Assembly (NCBI GenBank): GCA_002730775.1
Contig: PCAW01000037.1
Location: 1 to 48,601, forward strand
From: Methanobacteriota archaeon
GTDB lineage: Archaea; Thermoplasmatota; Poseidoniia; Poseidoniales; Thalassarchaeaceae
Direction of reading: 5' to 3'
Length of the DNA stretch: 48,601 bases
Of this stretch, positions 1-8,748 are shown piece by piece. The notes below the pieces were generated by a model. It was given only the letters and a program-made list of their open reading frames with translations, did not search any database and was not told the DNA's origin. Within the stretch, counting starts at the first letter, position 1. Every line of letters starts with the position of its first letter. Both the position numbers and the translations under genes were made by a program.

Positions 1-8
1 ATGCTACT

Positions 9-84
9 GCCCCGATGGTGTAGTGGCCTATCATGCAGCCCTGTCGAGGCTGCGACCCGGGTTCAAATCCCGGTCGGGGCGCCA
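9..84 (+). tRNA. tRNA-Asp (anticodon GUC), 3' CCA genomically encoded
   Basis: Manual cloverleaf. Acceptor GCCCCGA/TCGGGGC (7 bp). D arm GTGT-AGTGGCCTA-TCAT. Anticodon stem CAGCC/GGCTG with loop CTGTCGA (anticodon GTC). T arm CCGGG-TTCAAAT-CCCGG. Discriminator G81, CCA at 82-84. The D arm matches what I recall of archaeal tRNA-Asp. Confidence 0.93.
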
Positions 85-663
85 CTAATCTGAGTTCTCT
101 TCCCACCAGTTTACTTTTTCTTCTGGCTCTGATTCTGAATGTTCATACTTCGGCAGATCTGGTAACATATCTATTGATTCTTCAATTATCTTTTTGTAGC
201 CCACAACTGACATTTTTCCTGGGACAGTGGTGCGCCATTGCCCTGTAAGTTCCCAACCAGGAATAGCATTCGCCCACTCCCTATCCTTCCTTATGAGATA
301 GTCATCATGGGACCAAATCGGACCTACCTCTACATCCATATTCATGCCTTCCCATTCCTCCAATGTACTTATTGGGACGGTGTCATTATTCAGCATTGAA
401 TCTTCAGACGTAATAATAGCCTTACTAATCATTCTCAATCCCGCGAAGTTCATCCCAATTCCGGCTAGAAAAAATGGGGCAGAAAAAGCCAACATAAAAA
501 TTGAAAATCCCAAATAATCGAGATCAAGGACACCATCACTTAACATCATAAAAGGAACCATTGTAAAAGGTAGACCAAAGCAGAAAAAGAATAGCCCTAC
601 GAGGATCATGCCAATTTTTTCTACAGGTGATCCGGGAATAAAATCAGATTGCGCGTTAACCAT
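85..663 (-). CDS. hypothetical membrane protein (2 N-terminal TM helices plus Trp/acid-rich soluble tail)
   Basis: ORF track. Hydrophobic helices ILVGLFFFCFGLPFTMVPFMML and FSIFMLAFSAPFFLAGIGMNFAGL. No family recognised. The stop codon (85-87) abuts the tRNA CCA end. Confidence 0.55.
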   Translation of the reverse strand: MVNAQSDFIPGSPVEKIGMILVGLFFFCFGLPFTMVPFMMLSDGVLDLDYLGFSIFMLAFSAPFFLAGIGMNFAGLRMISKAIITSEDSMLNNDTVPISTLEEWEGMNMDVEVGPIWSHDDYLIRKDREWANAIPGWELTGQWRTTVPGKMSVVGYKKIIEESIDMLPDLPKYEHSESEPEEKVNWWEENSD

Positions 664-685
664 ATCCTAACCAACCAATTCGAAA

Positions 686-1726
686 TTACTCCAAGGCCAT
701 ATTAAAAAATACCCCTAATTTAGATTGATATTCGTCAGAATTACCCCATAATGCGTCTACATGGCCTCTTTGCTCAACATACCATGTAGTAACATTAGCA
801 TCATTAGAAATCATTCTTTCCTCAAATGTTTCAGAATGTTCAATCGATACTCTCGGATCTTCTTTTCCATGGGTAAGGAATACCGGCCTGTCTCCCGCGT
901 TGTCCGCTGCTTCTAGCGGTGAACGTTCAGTAAGGCTGATTCCTGCGAGCCATCCTCCGACTCTGACGCCAGGTCCTGCAAAGCTAGACGGGAATCCCAA
1001 TCGATCTAATTCGTTCTTTATGACTAATGGGAAGTCAAGTACGGCACTATCTAACCACATTGCCCCTATTCCTGGTTCATCTGCAAAAGCAATTGCCGCA
1101 CCGCCACCAAGTGAGAATGCGGTCATTCCAACTTCTCCCGGAGAATATCCTTTCTCAGAAACTAACCAATCATAAGCTCCCAAGATGTCTTTGTATTCTT
1201 TTTGACCGATACTCACATAATCACTGACAACATCGCTATCGCCATAATTCCTCAAATCAAAAGAAAGACTATTGATACCTGCTTCAGCAAGATAGCTTTG
1301 CATCAACAACATTTCTGGTTTGCATTTACCATTCTGAGGCATTCCGTGTGTTTGTATTACAACCGGAGCATTTGGATCGACTTCGATATACCATCCTCGA
1401 AGAGTTATTCCGGATTCGCCTCTAGGTTCAAATGAGACATTCTCGTACTGATATTGATAATTAGACACATCAAAATTCTTCCTTATGTCTATACGCTCCT
1501 CTGAATCATTCCATGGTTCAAAACTTTCCCAGTCGTCATTAGTGGTCCAATTATCGGGTGTATTAGAAGCCCACATGCCACAACCAGGATTTGCAGAAAT
1601 ACCTTGGGACGCAACTGTGTATCCAATACCGATATAAGCGAGAGAGAATAAGAATGTAGATACTAAGAATATTGCAACGATTTTTCGTTTATTATCAATT
1701 ATTGGAGCTATATTCCAGCGGCTCAT
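686..1726 (-). CDS. membrane-anchored alpha/beta-fold hydrolase (dienelactone hydrolase / S9-like)
   Basis: N-terminal TM anchor (IVAIFLVSTFLFSLAYIGIGY). Nucleophile-elbow-like AFSLGGG. Downstream THGKEDPRV and RGHVDAL fit a Ser/Asp/His triad order. Confidence 0.7.
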   Translation of the reverse strand: MSRWNIAPIIDNKRKIVAIFLVSTFLFSLAYIGIGYTVASQGISANPGCGMWASNTPDNWTTNDDWESFEPWNDSEERIDIRKNFDVSNYQYQYENVSFEPRGESGITLRGWYIEVDPNAPVVIQTHGMPQNGKCKPEMLLMQSYLAEAGINSLSFDLRNYGDSDVVSDYVSIGQKEYKDILGAYDWLVSEKGYSPGEVGMTAFSLGGGAAIAFADEPGIGAMWLDSAVLDFPLVIKNELDRLGFPSSFAGPGVRVGGWLAGISLTERSPLEAADNAGDRPVFLTHGKEDPRVSIEHSETFEERMISNDANVTTWYVEQRGHVDALWGNSDEYQSKLGVFFNMALE

Positions 1727-1828
1727 TGTTCTGCGGAAGAGTATATTGCAAATAAAATAGAGACTTTATCGTTAGTTTGAATTTTAATTTTGTGCGACTT
1801 TTTGTATTTCATTTTGATTTAGGTATGG

Positions 1829-1847
1829 AAAAATAGTTTCGAAAAAA
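1829..1847 (-). terminator. oligo-T tracts (minus strand) downstream of trm5
   Basis: A6 (1842-1847) and A5 (1829-1833) on the plus strand are T6/T5 on the minus strand, 23-41 nt after the trm5 stop at 1870. Archaeal termination commonly uses T-runs. This is a sequence-only guess. Confidence 0.3.
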
Positions 1848-1869
1848 GAATTGAAGTAGAATGAATCTA

Positions 1870-3057
1870 TCATGTAGTATCTTTTCCAATCCATGCTTCG
1901 AATGAGCATAGTCTTAATGCGCTACTGTAATCTCTCTTGATTTTTAATTCAGGTTTTGGTTTACCGGCTAGGATGGGTGGAAGAATTTCATTTATTTTAC
2001 TATTGGCAGATGGAATGTCTGATTCTGCGACTATTACTCTGCCTCGTATTAATGAAACGTTACTTCGATTGAGTAAGGGAATTAAGTCAGGGAGAAGCTC
2101 TATTGTTCGATGAGGAAGGTTGACCAAGACCATATCCCATTTACCCGAATATTGAGGATTTTGAGAAAGTTTTGTAGCATCAGCCAATCCAACTATTCTG
2201 TCATCATAATATTTTTGTAACTTTTCTGATTTGGTCGGATATTCTCTTTTGTCCCATCTCTTGAGATTCTCGAATAATAATTCCACTGCTGATGAATTCA
2301 AATCAGAGGCTAGTATATTGCCGACTAAGTCTTCTTCTGCAATCAAGGTAGATAGTGCGGGACCTACTCCACAAAACGGATCACAAATCGCTAAAGGACG
2401 ATTGAGTTCATTACGTAATTCTTTAGCGAATCGAAGTGTTTCAAGCCTCTCTGTTTGAAGTTTAGTTGAGTAGTATGCCACTTTGGGATCACATGAGATA
2501 TATCTGCCGGATTCTTTGACCGAAACCTTTGTGTTGGTGAGTTCTGAAGGAATGTTGTCAAAATATAATTCTGAATCTTTACGCGCTCCTATAGGTTCTA
2601 AATCTCTAATTCTTAATTCTCCCATCACTCCTCCATCAGATAATACTAATCTAATAAATGGATGAGAGAGTAGTTTGGCTTGGGCAATTTTAGATGTATA
2701 TTGTTCTATACTATCATCTATTCTTACTATCAACATATCTCCAAAAAATTCATGTGATGAGGGCCATGATTCTTTATGCTCAATCACCGTATCTTTTCCT
2801 ACTAAATTTTCCAAATGATTCCACCAATCGGTATCTATGATTTCATTTGGCATTCCTTCAGAGAAAACAATTTCAAATTCGCAGAGAGGTTTTGGTAAAT
2901 TTATATTGGCAGACACTGAAATAGGGATTAGGCGATTTTTTCCGTCTTCTGAGGAAAAAATTCTGTGCTCCTTGGATAACCAATCAAATTTTGTTATCTC
3001 GGTTAAAGCAGCCTGTACTTTTTTATTTGGCACTAGTAAATGTCGCATCACGTTCAT
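1870..3057 (-). CDS. trm5: tRNA (guanine37-N1)-methyltransferase, Trm5/Taw22 family
   Basis: Class I SAM motif ICDPFCGVGPALS and catalytic VLVNLPH (NLP motif). The N-terminus from MRHLLVPNKK is collinear with my recollection of archaeal Trm5b. The ORF track extends to 3123. In-frame ATGs lie at 3123, 3087, 3057 and 3048, so the start is uncertain. Confidence 0.8.
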   Translation of the reverse strand: MNVMRHLLVPNKKVQAALTEITKFDWLSKEHRIFSSEDGKNRLIPISVSANINLPKPLCEFEIVFSEGMPNEIIDTDWWNHLENLVGKDTVIEHKESWPSSHEFFGDMLIVRIDDSIEQYTSKIAQAKLLSHPFIRLVLSDGGVMGELRIRDLEPIGARKDSELYFDNIPSELTNTKVSVKESGRYISCDPKVAYYSTKLQTERLETLRFAKELRNELNRPLAICDPFCGVGPALSTLIAEEDLVGNILASDLNSSAVELLFENLKRWDKREYPTKSEKLQKYYDDRIVGLADATKLSQNPQYSGKWDMVLVNLPHRTIELLPDLIPLLNRSNVSLIRGRVIVAESDIPSANSKINEILPPILAGKPKPELKIKRDYSSALRLCSFEAWIGKDTT

Positions 3058-3085
3058 GATGTGCAGGCGGTTAGACCCCTTCACC

Positions 3086-3898
3086 ATGACGGAGGAGAGA
3101 TTGTCGGCTGGCTTGTGGCTCATTGGCTTGGGGCCTGGAAATTTAGATCACATGAGTCAGAAGGCAATCGACGTAGCAAGAGCATGTTCTGAAAGATTTT
3201 TAGAAGGGTATACTGCTATTCTTCCGCCTTATCAAGAAGATAGATTAGAGGATTTTGTAGGAGGGTGGGAGAGAATAATGAGGCCTCTAGTTGAAAATCC
3301 TGAAAAAATATTAAAATTGGCCAAAAAAGAACCTGTCGCGTTACTAATTGTGGGAGACCCCATGCAAGCCACTACTCATGTTGATTTAGAAGCGAGATGT
3401 GATGAATTACATATAGGTTTCAATATTATACCGGGAATTACTGCTACGGCACTTGCAGTATCATTATCGGGATTACAATCCTACAGGTTTGGGAGGCAGG
3501 TTACCATTCCTTATTCCTATGGTAATTATTTACCTTCGTCGCCTTTGGAAATGATCTATAGAAATTATGATAATAATCTCCATACTCTTGTATTGTTGGA
3601 TTTAGACCCTACAGGAATGGGGGTAGAGAAGCCTACTCCTATGAGTCCTCGCGATGCATTCACAATACTACAAAAAATGGAAGAAAGAATGGTCGAGGAG
3701 GGGAAAAAAATATCGCAACAGATAAAAAATTTAGATAGTATTTTACTTACCGATATCTCATTAGACTCTCAAAAAATTATTGCTGGCAATCTTTCTGAAA
3801 TCTCAGAGTACAATGATGGTTGGATCCATTGTTTGATTATACCTTCTAAAATGAATCAAAATGAAATTGATGCCTTTGAACGTAGGAAAATTGTTTGA
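3086..3898 (+). CDS. dph5: diphthine synthase (diphthamide biosynthesis methyltransferase)
   Basis: LWLIGLGPGNLDHMSQKAI and VALLIVGDPMQATTH (tetrapyrrole-methylase fold, GDPxxATTH). About 270 aa from the ATG at 3086. The longer track ORF from 2837 is an antisense extension over trm5. Confidence 0.85.
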   Translation: MTEERLSAGLWLIGLGPGNLDHMSQKAIDVARACSERFLEGYTAILPPYQEDRLEDFVGGWERIMRPLVENPEKILKLAKKEPVALLIVGDPMQATTHVDLEARCDELHIGFNIIPGITATALAVSLSGLQSYRFGRQVTIPYSYGNYLPSSPLEMIYRNYDNNLHTLVLLDLDPTGMGVEKPTPMSPRDAFTILQKMEERMVEEGKKISQQIKNLDSILLTDISLDSQKIIAGNLSEISEYNDGWIHCLIIPSKMNQNEIDAFERRKIV

Positions 3899-3950
3899 CC
3901 ATCTAATCGACGAACTCAAGGGGGGTCGATGTTTCCGTTAATTGTATAAC

Positions 3951-5651
3951 ATGGCTCGCCCACCTGCTGAAGTAAGATTTCCTGGCGATAAAAATCGTAG
4001 GAAAAAAATCAAAGTGCGCGGTATAAAACAGGCTTCTAAACAAATCCAGCAAAGATTAGAGAAGGATTTGGATGCTCTTTTGGAAGACCCCAAGATATTC
4101 TTGCCAGAAATAAAAGCGGAACTTGGTAGACCTAGGAAAGATATGATGGCTGCAAGCTTGAAGGAAATTGAATATGTCTCAAAAAAGCGTCACGATAGAA
4201 AATGGTTAGCTAGAAGAATGGTGAAGAGGAGAGGTTGTATGGTTTCCCGGGCATTAGCTGGTAGTCTGTTGGCTGCTCTTGATGGAGATCATTCAACAGT
4301 AGCCGTATTCAATAATCCAATATATGGTACTTCGAGTTTTATTAGAAGAGGTAATGGGAAACAGGCCCATCAGGCAGCAATTCAAAATTATAATAATCAT
4401 AAATTAAGAATGTTAGCTTGGGATGAACATGCAAAGTCTGGACACTGGTTTTTCTCTTGGAAAAATGGGTTTGAATATACAGGCATGGCACCTAAATCAC
4501 CTGAAAATTGGATCGATGCTGCACTGGAGTTCTCCTCTGTTAAATTTTCTGGAGATAAAATAAGATGGAGTAAAGGACTTGATGAAGAGACGGTACTGAA
4601 TAACGTCTTTTCGGATTCTGGATGGTTAAAAATTACCTTTCAAAACGGCGTTATTGCTGGGTTGTCGCAAAATTCTCTTACCAAAACTGAAGAAGGTTTC
4701 GTTCCGTCAATAGCACTCACAATGTTGCCGCCAAAAATCTCTGAAATCATCGATGCTGAGTGGATGTGGAGGCCAATTGGTTGGCCTGAAGATAAGGCTT
4801 TACCGACTGAAGGATTGGAAAAATTAGATGAAGTATTACTTGCTTGGATGTCAATGGCTTTGGAAGATTCTTCGTTGGGTAGAGAATGCCGCAAAAGTAT
4901 CTTGAACTCAATTGATGAGGGTTATATTAGTGGCAATAATTGGTTCGATAATGAGTCAAAGAAAGACTTCTTAGAGTTTTTATCAGGAAGTGATGATGAG
5001 AAGGAGGCAATTGCCGCTGTATTAGATAATCTAGAGACTGGAATACATGTAAGGCAAGATGCCATTACTTTTGAATTGGAGGAAAAAGTTGTAAGATTTG
5101 AAGAAAATGCTTGCCATCCTCTTTTGGTTTCTTTATGGAAAGATCACGGGCTCACTATATTGGATCAAATGTTCGAATTAAGTGGCGAAGAAGCCGAGGA
5201 AATTTACAATAAACAATTACAACGGAAACAAGGTTTTGGGGCATTTTTGAGAGAGTTGAATAATAATCTCTCAACGGCAAAAAAATTAGACTCGTTACCT
5301 TGGAGTAATGTTTCATTACCAAAGCCACTTAGTTTTGCAGATAAATTAATCAGAAAGGCGGGTGACGATGGAGTTGCATCTACTGTATCATTGGCTAGAA
5401 AAGGAAAAGATTTGGATGCGGCAATGGGATGGGCTTGGCTTGTTGTACACGATAGAACAGAATCGGATGCATGGAGATTTGATTCAGCTTCTCGTGACAA
5501 AGGTAGCGATTGGGTCCCTGTACTACATATGTTATGGAATTCAGCTAAAAGAATTCTGAATGAGAATAGTGAAGAGGCAGTATCTGACTATGTTGAGGCT
5601 ATGAAAAAATTAGCAGAAATATCTGGTGCTGGTAAATTAACTTCTCCATGA
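3951..5651 (+). CDS. hypothetical protein, 566 aa, Lys/Arg-rich N-terminus, Trp-rich body
   Basis: Long uninterrupted ORF with no competing ORF. First ATG at 3951 (the track start at 3942 is TTG). No P-loop, metal-binding or other catalytic motif recognised. Confidence 0.6.
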   Translation: MARPPAEVRFPGDKNRRKKIKVRGIKQASKQIQQRLEKDLDALLEDPKIFLPEIKAELGRPRKDMMAASLKEIEYVSKKRHDRKWLARRMVKRRGCMVSRALAGSLLAALDGDHSTVAVFNNPIYGTSSFIRRGNGKQAHQAAIQNYNNHKLRMLAWDEHAKSGHWFFSWKNGFEYTGMAPKSPENWIDAALEFSSVKFSGDKIRWSKGLDEETVLNNVFSDSGWLKITFQNGVIAGLSQNSLTKTEEGFVPSIALTMLPPKISEIIDAEWMWRPIGWPEDKALPTEGLEKLDEVLLAWMSMALEDSSLGRECRKSILNSIDEGYISGNNWFDNESKKDFLEFLSGSDDEKEAIAAVLDNLETGIHVRQDAITFELEEKVVRFEENACHPLLVSLWKDHGLTILDQMFELSGEEAEEIYNKQLQRKQGFGAFLRELNNNLSTAKKLDSLPWSNVSLPKPLSFADKLIRKAGDDGVASTVSLARKGKDLDAAMGWAWLVVHDRTESDAWRFDSASRDKGSDWVPVLHMLWNSAKRILNENSEEAVSDYVEAMKKLAEISGAGKLTSP

Positions 5652-5654
5652 GTA

Positions 5655-6257
5655 TCAAACTACTATCCAAATTGCAACAGCAATTAATGAAAAACCCATT
5701 CCTCTGTTTAACATTGTAGCCGACTTTGTAGTTGTGAACAACTTTCTTAGTTGAGTACCGAAACCAGCCCATGTCATAACAGCAGGTAACCCAAATACAA
5801 GATTAAGTCCTACAAGCATCACTTTTGCTCCAAAACTAGGGCCGAATAAAAGTCCGAATTGGGTCATTAAAACTAGAAAATGAATCCATGCTTTGCCGTT
5901 GACGATTTGCAGAACAATGCCGGTTATTGGACCCAATTTAGTGCTTTTTTGTTCATCGTCAGACATTGGAGAAGATTTGAAAACTTGATACCCTAAATAT
6001 GCGATATATAATGCTCCAATGTATGTCAACAAATCAAAGAAATTTTGGTTTTTTTCTATGAATACAGTTGCTCCACCTACAAAAATACCCAATGATGACC
6101 AACCTACTGCCATTCCTGAAATTAATGGTAAGGTGCCTTTGAAACCGTGCTGCGAACCGTGTGCAGCACAAAGAATATTATTTGGTCCCGGAGAAAAACA
6201 CATTGCAATTGTGAAGACTAGGAATTGGGCGAGAAGTTCTGAATCCATATTAACCAC
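5655..6257 (-). CDS. LysE/RhtB-family amino-acid exporter
   Basis: About 200 aa and 5-6 TM. N-terminal signature FTIAMCFSPGPNNILCAAHG typical of LysE/RhtB. GTG at 6257 overlaps the stop of the upstream gene by 1 nt. Alternative ATG at 6248. Confidence 0.75.
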   Translation of the reverse strand: MVNMDSELLAQFLVFTIAMCFSPGPNNILCAAHGSQHGFKGTLPLISGMAVGWSSLGIFVGGATVFIEKNQNFFDLLTYIGALYIAYLGYQVFKSSPMSDDEQKSTKLGPITGIVLQIVNGKAWIHFLVLMTQFGLLFGPSFGAKVMLVGLNLVFGLPAVMTWAGFGTQLRKLFTTTKSATMLNRGMGFSLIAVAIWIVV

Positions 6258-7459
6258 TAAGCACGAGTGGAAAGTAAGTCAGCAGCTACAGCTAAAGCCT
6301 GTTCGATGTCGTTCCAAATATCTTCAACATCTTCAATTCCAACGCTCATTCTAACAAAACCAGGCACTACTCCTGCTTCCATTCTTACTTCTTCGGGAAC
6401 AAACATATGACTGGAATTGAATGGGCATTCTACTAAACTCTCAACACCGCCCAAACTTGTTGCTTCAAGTGTCATGTTCAATGATTTCAGGAACTTAAGG
6501 GCTGCTGCATCTCCCCCTTTAACTACGTAGGAAAGCATACCACTGCCTTTTGGTAAAATTCTTCTTGCTAACTCATAATCATCATAATTTGGTAGAGAAA
6601 CATGATTCACTGATTCGATCATTGAATGTGTAGAAAGCCTTCTTGCTAACTCTGCGGCATTAGATGTATGGATTGGCATTCGAGCATGTAAAGTCCTCAT
6701 TCCCCTCTCTAGAAGATAACACATGTGAGGATCTGCGGCACCTCCAAAGTGTACTTTTTTAGGGAAAATTTGGGCTATTAAATCTTTTTTACCCACTACA
6801 AATCCTGCAATTAAATCTGAGTGGCCGCCGAGATATTTTGTTCCTGAATGTATTACTAAGTCAAATCCGCTCTTAACTGGGTTGCAGCCCCATGGTGAAG
6901 CAAATGTATTATCAACAACAGAAATTAGATTATTTTTTTGTGCTATTACAGCCATGGCGTCTAAATCGCAAACTTTCAGAACTGGATTGGATAATGTTTC
7001 CACGTAGATCATTTTTGTGTTGTCTTGAATTGCAGCTTCGTATGAAGAAGGGTCTCTCATATCAGCCATAGTTACTTCGATACCAAAACGCGGAAGATCT
7101 TCGGTAAGCAACCCATATGTTCCTCCGTAAACGTCTGTACTAGCAATAACATGATCCCCGCTTGATAAGAGGCCGAGAAGTGTTGTAGATATTGCCGCCA
7201 TACCACTAGCAAAGGTTTCTCCATCCTCTGCACCTTCCATAGCGACGATTTTTTGCGCAACCGCTTCTGAATTGATACTGGATAGCCTCGCATAGAGCAT
7301 TGTGTGCTGAGCCCCACCAGCCCAACCTGCATATCTTTCATCAGTCAAATGATATGTTGAAGACAAGAATACGGGAGTATTTACTCCTCCTCCAACAGAA
7401 TTTGTTCCTGAATGTACTGCTTTAGTTGCGAATCTCTTGTCGGTATTGTCATTCCTCAT
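6257..7459 (-). CDS. Cys/Met-metabolism PLP-dependent enzyme (cystathionine gamma-synthase/lyase, methionine gamma-lyase or O-acylhomoserine sulfhydrylase class)
   Basis: ATKAVHSG near the N-terminus and the PLP-lysine motif HSGTKYLGGHSDLIAG. ATG at 7459 (the track start at 7483 is TTG). Confidence 0.85.
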   Translation of the reverse strand: MRNDNTDKRFATKAVHSGTNSVGGGVNTPVFLSSTYHLTDERYAGWAGGAQHTMLYARLSSINSEAVAQKIVAMEGAEDGETFASGMAAISTTLLGLLSSGDHVIASTDVYGGTYGLLTEDLPRFGIEVTMADMRDPSSYEAAIQDNTKMIYVETLSNPVLKVCDLDAMAVIAQKNNLISVVDNTFASPWGCNPVKSGFDLVIHSGTKYLGGHSDLIAGFVVGKKDLIAQIFPKKVHFGGAADPHMCYLLERGMRTLHARMPIHTSNAAELARRLSTHSMIESVNHVSLPNYDDYELARRILPKGSGMLSYVVKGGDAAALKFLKSLNMTLEATSLGGVESLVECPFNSSHMFVPEEVRMEAGVVPGFVRMSVGIEDVEDIWNDIEQALAVAADLLSTRA

Positions 7460-7483
7460 ATACCTCGGAGAGAGTGTAAGCAA

Positions 7484-7594
7484 ATCAACTAAACGGCGAA
7501 TATATGATAAAGATGTCGAGATTTTGACGGAGAATAGTGAAATAGCCGACTTATTGACGGAAATACTAAGAAAGAATAGTCTTAGCGTCGTATA
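7484..7594. promoter_or_regulatory. divergent control region between PLP-enzyme/LysE operon and Lrp/AsnC gene, with direct repeats
   Basis: TTGACGGA at 7524-7531 and 7554-7561 (30-bp spacing). GAATAGT at 7532-7538 and 7574-7580. A TATA-like TTTATCATATAT on the minus strand around 7500-7512 lies upstream of the minus-strand gene. Confidence 0.35.
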
Positions 7595-8065
7595 ATGCCC
7601 TTTTCAAATCTAGATACTAAAGATTCTGGTATACTAAAAATGCTAAATGAAGATTCGAGAGCGACTACACAGGCAATAGCCGATGCTTTGAATATGCCAA
7701 GAGTTACGGTCCATGATAGAATAAAAAGATTGCAAGATAGAGGAGTCATAGATAAATTTTCTGTGGAGATAAATCGAAGAGAGTTAGGGTGGCCTTTGCA
7801 TGGATTCATTCTTGCGAATTGGGCAGGGCAGAGAGAAGATATTGATAGGAGATTCGTGGCTGAAGAAATTTGTAAAATGCCTTTCGTTGTAGGGTGCCAT
7901 ATAGTTACTGGCCAATGGGATTTTATTGTAGAAGTGGTGGCTAAAGATATGGCTAATTTAGGAGATTCCATCTTAGATCAGTTGTCTGAAATTAATGGAG
8001 TTGGGCACACTCAAACTTTGGTTTCTTTCTACAGCTTTGACGGTGTTGCCAAATCTCTTGGTTAA
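7595..8065 (+). CDS. Lrp/AsnC-family transcriptional regulator
   Basis: N-terminal HTH (LDTKDSGILKMLNEDSRATTQAIADALNMPRVTVHDRIKRLQDRGVI) followed by a RAM/AsnC_trans_reg-like C-terminal domain. 156 aa. Confidence 0.85.
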   Translation: MPFSNLDTKDSGILKMLNEDSRATTQAIADALNMPRVTVHDRIKRLQDRGVIDKFSVEINRRELGWPLHGFILANWAGQREDIDRRFVAEEICKMPFVVGCHIVTGQWDFIVEVVAKDMANLGDSILDQLSEINGVGHTQTLVSFYSFDGVAKSLG

Positions 8066-8745
8066 CTGACAGGATCATTAATCCCCCATATCCTATCTGT
8101 TAATTGGAGGAACAGGGCGACTACTGGGCCTATCAATATCGCAAAAATAATAGTTCCCAACCCAAATACTCCGCCGAGTTTCCAACCAATTAACAATGCA
8201 ATTATTTCGATTGTTGTTCTAACCCTACCTATTGGTATATTAGTAATTCTCTGGAGACCTGTCATCCATCCGTCGCGTGGCCCGGGGCCTAAGTTTGCGG
8301 TCAAATAAAAACCACTGCCTATGCCGACTAATATTGTGCCTAACAATACTTGAATAAACTGATAAATTTGTTGTTCAGGGTGTGGAAGATATGGTTCCAT
8401 GACATCAATGGCTACAGCAATTAATATTGCATTTAGAATTGTCCCAACTCCTGGTTTTTCTTTCAATGGTATCCATAAGAAAAGCACTATTACGCTAATG
8501 AAAAACGTTGCTTGACCTATTGTCCAGTCAAATTGGATTCCGATACCTTGGGCTAAAACTGTCCAAGGAGCTACCCCGAGTCCGGCTGCAATAATTACAG
8601 CATCTCCTGTGCCGAATATCCATAATCCTATGACTAATATGGTTAAGGTGTTTAATTTGGGCTTAGTAGACATTGGGTCATTAGAGCTCCAAGTAGTGGT
8701 AGGTACCTTTTTTGCCAATTTGAAAAAAGGTTGAGATTTAGACAA
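8062..8745 (-). CDS. polytopic membrane protein, YczE/COG2364-like
   Basis: GTGDAVIIAAGLGVAPWTVLAQGI plus a second repeat GPGPRDGWMTGL resemble the YczE family. The start is TTG at 8745 or ATG at 8673. Confidence 0.5.
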   Translation of the reverse strand: MSKSQPFFKLAKKVPTTTWSSNDPMSTKPKLNTLTILVIGLWIFGTGDAVIIAAGLGVAPWTVLAQGIGIQFDWTIGQATFFISVIVLFLWIPLKEKPGVGTILNAILIAVAIDVMEPYLPHPEQQIYQFIQVLLGTILVGIGSGFYLTANLGPGPRDGWMTGLQRITNIPIGRVRTTIEIIALLIGWKLGGVFGLGTIIFAILIGPVVALFLQLTDRIWGINDPVS

Positions 8746-8748
8746 AAA

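Noticed and set aside
85-1726. tRNA-adjacent genomic island or integrated element next to tRNA-Asp.
   Set aside because: There is no integrase, no direct repeat of the tRNA 3' end that I could find in the window, and only two ordinary-looking genes. The left side of the tRNA is outside the window.
3920-3925. G-runs near gene starts as a shared motif: G6 at 3920-3925, GGGGTCGGGGGG at 29795-29806, and C7 on the plus strand at 23336-23342 upstream of uvrA.
   Set aside because: Distances to the start codons differ: 25 nt to the ATG at 3951, 33 nt to the ferredoxin ATG, and 5 nt to the uvrA ATG. Only the uvrA one is positioned to act as an SD (G-run pairing with CCUCC via a G-U wobble). The others are better explained as hairpin parts.
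3929-3949. Mini-uORF ATG-TTT-CCG-TTA-ATT-GTA-TAA (MFPLIV) just before the 566-aa ORF.
   Set aside because: It is only 6 codons. Its ATG is part of the hairpin stem and has only 3 nt of spacing to the G-run. There is no way to support translation from sequence alone.
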